This document shows positions 56,284-64,000 of a stretch of 64,000 nt of DNA, one piece after another; within the stretch, counting starts at the first letter, position 1; every line of letters starts with the position of its first letter. The position numbers were made by a program, and so were the translations under genes. Source of the stretch: Ostreococcus lucimarinus (lineage: Eukaryota); the NCBI GenBank assembly GCA_000092065.1, contig CP000582.1. One strand, 5' to 3'. The notes beneath the pieces were generated by a model, which saw nothing but the letters and a program-made list of their open reading frames with translations, did no database searches and had not been told where the DNA came from.

Positions 56284-56433
56284 CCTTGTTTGCCGAACAG
56301 TTTCTACAACTTGATTCGGAGCCCAGTGTAGTAAGTTGTTGCACACGTGTAATACGAATACTAGTACAAGTAACCAGCACGAAATTTATACTTTCGGTGA
56401 ACGCAGAACAGTCGACGTTCGAGTCAACATCGA

Positions 56434-56754
56434 CTATTCTACACGTTGTGCATCTGTCTGTCTTTGGCTCTCAGTGTAGTGCGGTGTTGCACGCGACACA
56501 ACTAACTTTCTACCTTTCCATCTGCAATGATTGAGCACCGACATACAACGATCAATCTCACTTTCTTGTGAAACAGTCAAATCTACAAAAGCAAATCCTC
56601 GACACTGCTGCGGCTCCGTACTGAACTTGTCGAGCTTGATGTCCACAGAAACTACGTCCCCAAAAGGTGCAAGACGCCTACTGATTTCGTCCACTGTGAC
56701 ATCTGGAGCAAGCCCTCCAACATGCAGACGGCTAGAAAACTTCATACGATGCAC
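56434..56754 (-). CDS. RRM-domain RNA-binding protein, possibly one exon of a larger gene.
   Basis: RNP-like HVGGLAPDVTVDEISRRLAPFGDVVSVDI...RGFAFVDL. No specific orthologue assigned. Confidence 0.4.
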   Translation of the reverse strand: MHRMKFSSRLHVGGLAPDVTVDEISRRLAPFGDVVSVDIKLDKFSTEPQQCRGFAFVDLTVSQESEIDRCMSVLNHCRWKGRKLVVSRATPHYTESQRQTDAQRVE

Positions 56755-57051
56755 TCGTGACTCTCGTTTTCGTTCTGCGTGAACTCAGTCGCCAATAGTT
56801 TGCTTGTCGCACAGGTTTTACGTTTCTGACCACGCTTGTAATTACGTCTTCCTTCGATGAGCGCGTGCGCCACGAAATAATAGCGACAACGGCTGCGTAA
56901 AAACTCGTTTGCGACCGAGCGTGATAGTGCCGAAGCAGGGCGTAGCGCGTGCGTTCAGGCGCGCGACTTCTTATGACGAGTCAACTACGTGTTGTTCATA
57001 TAGCTACAATGTTCCACAGCTACGACGGTAGTTATTGTCGCTCCCACAGCA

Positions 57052-57145
57052 ATCAAATAGGCTCTGCCTGCGCAGGTTCGAATCCTGCCGTCCGCGCACT
57101 GAACAAATGCGGACGTGCCCGAGTGGTTAAGGGGTTTGACTCGAA
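57052..57145 (+). tRNA. tRNA-Ser(CGA): Circularly permuted tRNA-Ser(CGA) gene. The 3' half (57052..57096) precedes the 5' half (57109..57145), with a 12-nt linker.
   Basis: 3' half is A-TCAAA (positions 38-43), Ser-type variable arm TAGGC-TCT-GCCTGC, T-arm GCAGG-TTCGAAT-CCTGC, acceptor 3' strand CGTCCGC, discriminator G. Linker is CACTGAACAAAT. 5' half is GCGGACG TG CCC-GAGTGGTTAA-GGG G TTTGA CTCGAA, ending at position 37 with anticodon CGA. Acceptor strands pair 7/7, anticodon stem TTTGA/TCAAA pairs 5/5. Near-identical to human tRNA-Ser-CGA. The break lies at the canonical 37/38 intron site. Confidence 0.65.
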
Positions 57146-57407
57146 TGAATGAATAGAGGAAAACATCTGAATGTACGTGACATTCGGCGTCTGAACAGCA
57201 GCATGTATTGACAAGACAAACGCCGAATTAAATACGCTTCCGCAAGTGTGTTCGAAGCAAAACACGCGGTTACCCTTGTTTTTTTTGCACCCTTGATGGC
57301 GGCGCATCACACGCGTACAGACGCTTTCGGCCGTCCAACCCGGGTCGAATTGAAAGGAACGAAACATTCTTTCGATCGATCGAACCACGTAAGGAGCGCA
57401 TCCAACT

Positions 57408-58745
57408 ACATGGGCCAAACAGAAAAGGTTCGTTGAGTCGTATTTATAATTTTCGGCAATTGAACGCTAAGTAGGACCTGAAAATCGAACCCGAAAGTGC
57501 CAACCATACGCTCGATACGTCTGCATGGCCGCTTCTGCTAAAGAATTATGACAAGTTGATGGTACGTATCAATATTACGTGTTCTTTGCAAGTGTTCTTA
57601 GAGGGTATCTGTAGGTACGAACTGGTCACTACACTCCAATTCCGTGTGGAAGCTCTCCACTGCGACGACCACTGGCAGAGTATCTACGTTACGGGGTCAT
57701 CAATTTAGACAAGCCCGCCAATCCTTCTTCGCATGAGGTAGTTGCATGGTTGAAGCGCATCCTAAGGGTTGAAAAAACTGGACATAGTGGTACACTCGAC
57801 CCAAAAGTTACTGGTTCACTCATTGTCTGCATTGATCGTGCCACGCGCCTGGTAAAGTCTCAACAGGGTGCAGGCAAGGAGTACGTGTGCGTTTGTCGAT
57901 TGCATTCAGCGCCGACAGGTGGTAAGAGTGCTGTTGAACGCGGTATTGAAACTCTTACCGGCGCACTTTTTCAACGGCCACCGTTAATTTCAGCTGTCAA
58001 AAGACAGTTGCGCATTCGAACTATCTATGATAGTAAACTTCATGAGTTTGATGAGGCCAGGAATCTTGTTGTTTTCTGGGTATCATGTGAAGCAGGCACT
58101 TACGTTCGTACTTTATGTGTGCATCTTGGATTACTATTGGGAGTTGGTGGTCACATGCAAGAGTTACGCCGAGTTCGCTCTGGAATCTGCTCAGAGTCAA
58201 AGAACCTCGCGACCATGCACGACGTGCTAGATGCTATGTGGGTGTGTGACAACTTGAAAGATGATCATTACATTAGACGCGTTGTTATGCCGCTCGAGGT
58301 TTTGTTGACGAACTACAAGCGGGTTGTTGTGAAGGACTCCGCCATAAATGCAATTTGTTACGGTGCCAAGCTCATGATTCCTGGTTTATTAAGATATGAA
58401 GCTGGCATCGAGGTTGGGGATGAGTGCGTTCTGATGACAACGAAGGGCGAAGCTATCGCAATCGGCATAGCTGAAATGACAACTGCTGTTATGGCGACTT
58501 GCGACCATGGCAGCGTTGCTAAGGTCAAGCGAGTGGTAATGGAAAGAGACACTTATCCAAGACGTTGGGGTCTGGGTCCCAACGCGCAGAATAAGAAACA
58601 AACAAGCACCGATAAATCACAGAAATTAGGAGCGTCGATTATTGCATCCGACGGCGCAAATACGGGAAAAGAGATGATAAAGGAGAAGAAAGAGAAGAAA
58701 GAGAAGAAAGAGAAGAAAGAGAAGAAGAGAAAGCTGGACGAATAA
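57408..58745 (+). CDS. CBF5: H/ACA snoRNP pseudouridine synthase dyskerin/CBF5 (NAP57), three exons, with a lysine/glutamate-rich C-terminal repeat.
   Basis: MGQTEK|[29 protein letters not shown]|[97 protein letters not shown]...[20 protein letters not shown]...PUA domain...[20 protein letters not shown]. The C-terminus is (KEKKEK)n, encoded by a (gagaagaaa)n repeat. Confidence 0.85.
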
Positions 58746-58886
58746 TTGCTGACAGTTTTGCAGTTTTTTTGATCCGATCGAGTGTACAAATCACACTGTA
58801 CTGCGACTGTTTTTAATAATAATCATATTGGTATGTTCTAGTTTCTACTTTTGACCACCATTCAAAGTCACTATTGCAGTTCAGCT

Positions 58887-59879
58887 CTACTGCGGACAAG
58901 CTCGCCTCTTATACAAAAATATCGACTTTTGATCACACAAGACAATATTAATCCCATCCGCCGTACAGTCCGCTAAACAAGTTTCGCACAGTTCAGCTGA
59001 TTCTTGATTGTCGCGCGTCATTAGTTTGATTTCTTTAAAGCTGTTTTTATTCGCATCTGACTCCCATGCACTACACGTACCAGCTCGTGAGCCAATCACC
59101 GTGAACACACAATTTTCGCTACAACCCACACACCCAGCGAAATGTAAAGTTGTATCCAAATACTCAAGCTCATCTACATCTGATGTGAAGACAGAAACAC
59201 TACTAAGTAGCCTTCTATCAAGTGTGCCCAGAAGGATAGAGGAACTTGTAGGTGCAAATGCAAGACGTGTGATGGGTGATAGACCACTTCGTCGCAGTGT
59301 ACGAATACAACCACACGTATGGACGTCCCACAAGCGGCAGCTGCCATCATAACTGGAACTTACTAGAAATGAGCCATCTCTGGCGAATTGCACGCCCGTG
59401 ACGGGGTCTGCGTGAGCAGGTATAACAGCTACACATCCTCCAGAAGCAACGTTCCAAAGTCGAATAGTTTCATCAATCGAACCACTAGCAATTATCGTAC
59501 TCAGCGCGTTTATACAACAACATAGCACTGCAGAAACATGTCCTCTGTAAGCTTGTAAGCATGTCGCCCCCGAGGCTTGCCATAAGAGGACTAGACCGTC
59601 ATCTGAACACGTGACTACAAATTTATCATCAGTGGACCAGCAACAGTCAGCAATAGCTCTCAAGTGTCCCCTGAAATTCTCGAGTCGCTCACCCGTGCCT
59701 ATACATCGAATGCTGCAACTGCCGTTCACCAAACCTAGTACTACCCTGGGCCAATTAAATCATAATCTATTACATCGGAGTATTGAGGGATTTGCCTACC
59801 TTTTACCGTCGTTCGATATCTTCAGTGACGTTATGCCTTCACAGCTCATGGTCAGTACGCGCGCACACTTGTACTCCAT
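58887..59879 (-). CDS. WD40-repeat protein, WDR5/Swd3-like. Two exons: 59800..59879 and 58887..59755.
   Basis: MEYKCARVLTMSCEGITSLKISNDGK|RVVLGLVNGS...GHLRAIADCCWSTDDKFVVTCSDDGLVLLWQASGATCLQAYRGHVSAVLCCCINALSTIIASGSIDETIRLWNVASGGCVAVIPAHADPVTGVQFARDGSFLVSSSYDGSCRLWD. Repeat spacing and the blocks SGSFDESVRIWD...AHSDPV..V.F.RDGS..VSSSYDG.CR.WD match WDR5. Confidence 0.75.
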
Positions 59880-60343
59880 CGATCAGCGCATGTGGCCGAC
59901 GCCGTCTGTTAAACTTGCGGTTGCTTCAACAGTTTGCGTCCGCACTTGGTACCAGGTTACACTGCCGTTCGCACTGCTCGCGTCATCTTTGTGTTTAAAT
60001 TTCAACTGTACTGAAGTTCAGTTACTGAACAGTTTTTCATGCAGTTGATTTAACACCTCGGTCGGCTGCAGTTTTTTACATGTAGTAAACGCGTCGCATT
60101 AAGTGCATGATAATTTAATTTGCGTGCGATCATCGAACTTGCGTTGCGAGCGACCTCGGCAAATGTGTACTAAACGCAGTTGCCGAGGTCGCTTTGGGGC
60201 GAGAGGAACGTCAAAGTTTTGTGCACGCTGCGTCGATGTCTTCGCATAGAACCTCCCGTCGTCTCGCAGATTGTGTGACGTAAGCTGATATCCTGTACAC
60301 ATCTTGTTCAGTCATATGTGTCCAGCTGTGTTGTGAAAGCGCC

Positions 60344-61597
60344 ATGTCGGTTTGCGGAGAAAGGGAGCAACTTGGCTCCAACGCTGTAGAAAATGGAACA
60401 ATCTATAGACATCCATATTGCGCACGCTTTATCTCTTCCAAGCAAAGGTTTTGTGGATTGATGGCAAAAGCTGGGCATTCGTTCTGCGTTCACCACCTAC
60501 CCACAGAACAGTCGGAGTATATTTTTGCTTTCTGTCCAAAGTGCAAAACAAAAATTGCTAGTGATAGGGTAGACGCTCATTTAAGAAAGTGCCCCGTTCG
60601 CTTGAAAGAACAGCAGATTACAAATGAGATTTACTTTTGGAAAGATATCAACAGTGCCAAAGAGACGGTGGTAGACAAAACAGTAAGCTTGCGCGAACTC
60701 TCAGGCACGCAACTCGCTCTTCTGCTCGATAAAATTAGTCAAGCCGAACCAAAATGCTCGTCTTACTTGAGTAGACGTTCGAGCAGCTCACACGATGACG
60801 GCAAGACCATGCATAGTGTACACGTCCCACAGCGGACAAGTGAATCGGAAGCGCTACAGCGTGTCGCCATAGCAGAGGCCGTGCAAAAAGTTCGAGACGT
60901 CTTTGATCTTAGTACTAATAGTGCACTTGTTGAGCTTTGCTCCGGACGTGCGTATCTTTCAGCAGAGATCATGAAAACATGGCCGTTCTCAAAGCTATTA
61001 CTTGTCGACCGTCGTTCACATCGCTTCAAGGCGGATAGATTCCTTCGTCATCAAAGTGAGCTGAGGCGTTTGCTCATTGACATCAAGGATCTGGATTTGT
61101 ATAAAGTCTCTCTATTGAATAAATCGGAAGTGACCATCGTGGGTAAACACTTGTGCGGTGAAGCTACTGATTTCGCTTTAAAGTGTGCATTATCTTATCT
61201 GAAAGATAGTACAGTCACGTTCAGAGGATTGGCAATTGCTCCATGTTGTCACCACGCTTGTAAATGGTCTTCTTTCGTCAATACACCGTTTCTTGAAACA
61301 CTCGGCTTCAGCGAGACGGATTTTGGCTATCTCATACGTATGACGAGCTGGGCAACCACACTGTCTACTGGTTGCACGTCCCACGGATTCAGTTCTGATT
61401 TTGCGATTCACACTGAGGATATGGATGCGTGCCGAACCCTTAGTAGCAATGATAAACTACGCGTAGGGCGATACGTAAAGCTGATTCTCAACACAGCTCG
61501 TGTTCTATGGTGCAAAGAGCGCGGTTTCGACGTAAGCTTGGAGGAGTATACTAATGTTTGGGTAACGCCTGAGAATCAGCTAATACTTGTAAGATAG
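60344..61597 (+). CDS. TRM13: tRNA 2'-O-methyltransferase TRM13-like protein with N-terminal CHHC/CCCH zinc fingers.
   Basis: Zinc-finger blocks YRHPYCARFISSKQRFCGLMAKAGHSFCVHHL and FAFCPKCKTKIASDRVDAHLRKCP (zf-TRM13/U11-48K type). Methyltransferase core LVELCSGRAYLS...VGKHLCGEATDFALK...APCCHH. Confidence 0.65.
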   Translation: MSVCGEREQLGSNAVENGTIYRHPYCARFISSKQRFCGLMAKAGHSFCVHHLPTEQSEYIFAFCPKCKTKIASDRVDAHLRKCPVRLKEQQITNEIYFWKDINSAKETVVDKTVSLRELSGTQLALLLDKISQAEPKCSSYLSRRSSSSHDDGKTMHSVHVPQRTSESEALQRVAIAEAVQKVRDVFDLSTNSALVELCSGRAYLSAEIMKTWPFSKLLLVDRRSHRFKADRFLRHQSELRRLLIDIKDLDLYKVSLLNKSEVTIVGKHLCGEATDFALKCALSYLKDSTVTFRGLAIAPCCHHACKWSSFVNTPFLETLGFSETDFGYLIRMTSWATTLSTGCTSHGFSSDFAIHTEDMDACRTLSSNDKLRVGRYVKLILNTARVLWCKERGFDVSLEEYTNVWVTPENQLILVR

Positions 61598-61959
61598 ATC
61601 AGAGTGCGGAATAGTGCTGATATGCATGTTGATCGCCCCGCGTAGTATTATTCATTTTGGAGAAGGGCTTACGCGATTACGTCTGAAGAAAGACATGTAA
61701 CGTCGAAAGTTGGTGGAGTGTTCTTATATCGTTCTACTGCTCTATGTCAAAGTGATGGTCACGTTCACACGCGTTTAATTTTCGAGTATGGCATGGTAGC
61801 CGCTACCAGCGAAAGTTGCGACGTGCCAACCTGCCGCAAGTGACTCAGCCGTGCCTTTCTGGTGGTTGGTTTAGGGCCGTTCAAGTGCGCTTTTCCTGGT
61901 CTCCTGTGCAAAACCTAGACGAAATTCCAAAGCGAGAAGATTCTGGGTTAGTCCTCAGT

Positions 61960-62340
61960 TCCCCTCACGAAACGAATGAAGTAGATGCATTTTCGATTTT
62001 CGATTTTCGATCCGTTTGTGGCGATCGTTTCATCTCTGAAAACGCAGACTAAACCGTGGCACGAATGACTGTGGACGGTCTAACGCGAACGGGTGCGTAC
62101 CTTGCCACTTGCGGTAACTTTGTATCGCTTCGCTGCAGCTTTGCGGGTTTTCATTTTAGATGCCGCAACAAAAAACTGTTTTCGCTCTGGTTCACCACGC
62201 GGCTTCGCCACGACGCGTGTTCCAACAAGGGAACTGCAAAACGTAAGCGCGCGATTAGACCCTGTTTGACTCCGCGCCGTGTGCGCTGCCTTTGCGCCCG
62301 TAAGTCGCGGTATGGTTGCAGCCGACTGAAATGAAATCAT
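61960..62340 (-). CDS. rpl35: Organellar (probably plastid) ribosomal protein bL35 precursor. The first exon holds the transit peptide and the L35 N-terminus; the downstream exon is uncertain.
   Basis: MISFQSAATIPRLTGAKAAHTARSQTGSNRALTFCSSLVGTRVVAKPRGEPERKQFFVAAS|KMKTRKAAAKRYKVTASGK, then donor GTACGC. MKT.K.A.KRFKVT..GK is the bL35 signature. The continuation after the intron is K/R-rich but poorly conserved. Confidence 0.45.
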
Positions 62341-62759
62341 TGTCAGCTGTTTGAGAGTCGACAAGCGCTCGGTCGCGCGCGCTCGCGTAACGACGAAGTA
62401 GAGTGGCGCTTCAGGGTTTCCACGGATAGCGCGACACGATGATAGGGTCCCTCGCCTTTTTATGAGATGAATGATATGATATATCGTCATGATGCTTGCA
62501 TGGCGATCTAAGCAATATTGTATGGATGTAACCAAGAAATTAAAGAAATTCTCACTTTCAACAAGTTCTACAAGTTCTTGTGCGCGAGGCGCACTACTTT
62601 CATTAGGCTGCGATTGGCTTTGGAGAGAAAGTTTATATCGTCGTTTAGCATAATTCAACGGCCATCTTGATTTCGTGACTGCGACCGAGCACTTTTCTTC
62701 AAAAAAGTAGTTCATAAAATGCACTTTGTAGAACGCGTTGCCCCGTCACCCTCAGTACC

Positions 62760-64000
62760 TTAGTCTTCAAAGGGTGCAAATATAACGCAAGAATTGTGGC
62801 CACCGAAACCAAAGGAATTACTAATGGCGGCGGTAACCGTGTGCGCCTTCTTTTCGTTTGCACACGTATCGATCCCTTCAACTATCGGTTCCAGTTCGTT
62901 TTGGTTCAGAGTCGGATGCAGCATGCCAGTCTTTATCGCCATGATACAAGCGATGGCTTCCATCCCCCCTGCAGCACCGAGACAATGTCCGATCATTGAT
63001 TTGGTTGCATTCATTTTGACATTTTGTACGTCTTTGAATACCTTGCGAACAGCGTTGACTTCTGCGACGTCGCCGACAAGAGTTGAGGTGGCGTGTGCGT
63101 TGATGTAGTTTATATCTGACACGGAGATACCAGCATCCTTGATGGAAAGCTCTATGCACGTGGATACTCCAAGACCATCGGCTCGTGGATCAGTCATATG
63201 ATGCGCGTCACAGGTGATGGCTCCACCAAGATACTCTGCGTGGATGCGAGCACCACGCTTCTTTGCGCTTTCCAACGTCTCCATGATGAGGACACCAGCA
63301 CCTTCACCCATCACGAATCCATCTCTAGACTTGTCCCAGGGTCGAGAGGCCCCCTCCGGATCATCATTATTTTGGCTGAGAGCTCGACAAGCGACGAAAC
63401 CACCCAGACCAACAGGAATGATGGGTGCTTCAGAGCCACCGGCGATCATGATTTCTGCGTCGCCGTTCCTGATGTGATTGGCTGCCGCGTGAAAGGCGTA
63501 ATTTGCCGTTGCGCAGGCGGTCGAGATAGAATAATTCGGTCCCATAAAACCTTTTTCAATAGCAAGCATTGCACCGCCCATGTTTGTGATGGCATAAGGA
63601 ATGAAAAATGGAGTTATCTTCTTCGGCCCCTTCTCCACGAGTGCTTTCACACCATCCTGGAAAACAGTGAGGCCACCCATACCGCTGCCAACGAGAACAC
63701 CGACGCGTTGTTTATCGAGGTTTTCGAGTGCGGCAGCATCCAGACCTGCATCTTCCAAAGCTTTGTTACCAGACACGAGAGCATAACGAAGACAGTCGTC
63801 AAGTCGTCTATCGTTTTTCTTGTCGATGTAACCCTCGCTGTCGAAATTGCGAATTTGTGCAGCGAATTTCGTTGGAAAGTCACTCGTATCGAATCGATCG
63901 ATCGGCGCAACGCCACTTTGTCCAGAAAGAAGCTTATCGTAGTATGCGGTGTAGTCGTTACCAAACACAGAACATAACCCCATTCCCGTAATCACGACTC
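62760..64000 (-). CDS. KAS: 3-oxoacyl-[acyl-carrier-protein] synthase (KAS I/II, FabF/FabB type), 3' portion. The gene continues past the window end.
   Basis: ITGMGLCSVFG, active-site SISTACATANYAFHAAANHI, HAEYLGGAITCDAHHMTDP, NAHATSTLVGDVAEVNAV, SMIGHCLGAAGGMEAI, SNSFGFGGHNSCVIFAPF. No start codon context is visible before the window edge. Confidence 0.85.
   Translation of the reverse strand, partial: VVITGMGLCSVFGNDYTAYYDKLLSGQSGVAPIDRFDTSDFPTKFAAQIRNFDSEGYIDKKNDRRLDDCLRYALVSGNKALEDAGLDAAALENLDKQRVGVLVGSGMGGLTVFQDGVKALVEKGPKKITPFFIPYAITNMGGAMLAIEKGFMGPNYSISTACATANYAFHAAANHIRNGDAEIMIAGGSEAPIIPVGLGGFVACRALSQNNDDPEGASRPWDKSRDGFVMGEGAGVLIMETLESAKKRGARIHAEYLGGAITCDAHHMTDPRADGLGVSTCIELSIKDAGISVSDINYINAHATSTLVGDVAEVNAVRKVFKDVQNVKMNATKSMIGHCLGAAGGMEAIACIMAIKTGMLHPTLNQNELEPIVEGIDTCANEKKAHTVTAAISNSFGFGGHNSCVIFAPFED

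Noticed and set aside
62794-63977. Plus-strand ORFs (104, 259 and 87 aa) at the window end.
   Set aside because: They are antisense to the KAS (FabF-type) gene, which has unambiguous active-site motifs on the minus strand.

Overview
This is a gene-dense nuclear eukaryotic window: about 45 protein-coding genes in 64 kb, GC about 48%, nearly every gene split by one to eight short (about 45-75 nt) canonical GT..AG introns. Most genes are housekeeping: aminoacyl-tRNA synthetases, RNA polymerase subunits, H/ACA snoRNP proteins, proteasome subunits, replication factors. Several genes point to a green-lineage (Viridiplantae) nucleus: a nuclear psbX with a bipartite thylakoid presequence, cpSRP43, a plastid DnaK-type Hsp70 with a primary-type transit peptide, a zeaxanthin-epoxidase-like monooxygenase, plastid KAS and an organellar L35.

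Three things stand out.
- The only two tRNA genes in the window are both circularly permuted. In tRNA-Ser(CGA) (57052..57145, +) and tRNA-Leu(UAA) (complement 23167..23274), the 3' half (anticodon-stem 3' strand, variable arm, T-arm, acceptor 3' strand) lies upstream of the 5' half (acceptor 5' strand, D-arm, anticodon loop to position 37). A short linker separates the halves, and the acceptor strands are perfectly complementary 7/7. Permuted tRNA genes are known from the red alga Cyanidioschyzon merolae and prasinophyte green algae.
- A 768-bp segment (8873..9640: RFC5 5' end, the RFC5/RPL36 bidirectional promoter, RPL36 exon 1) is copied at 100% identity into the ZEP-like gene at 12117..12885. 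The copy is flanked by a 386-bp perfect direct duplication, giving an A-B-A structure that breaks the ZEP-like reading frame. This is either a very recent rearrangement or an assembly artifact.
- Gene models here depend on micro-exons, for example a 6-nt first exon in TFIIA-gamma and 20-29 nt first exons in RAB11 and eIF6.

Exon boundaries were derived by hand with the ORF track as anchor; expect errors of one to three nucleotides.
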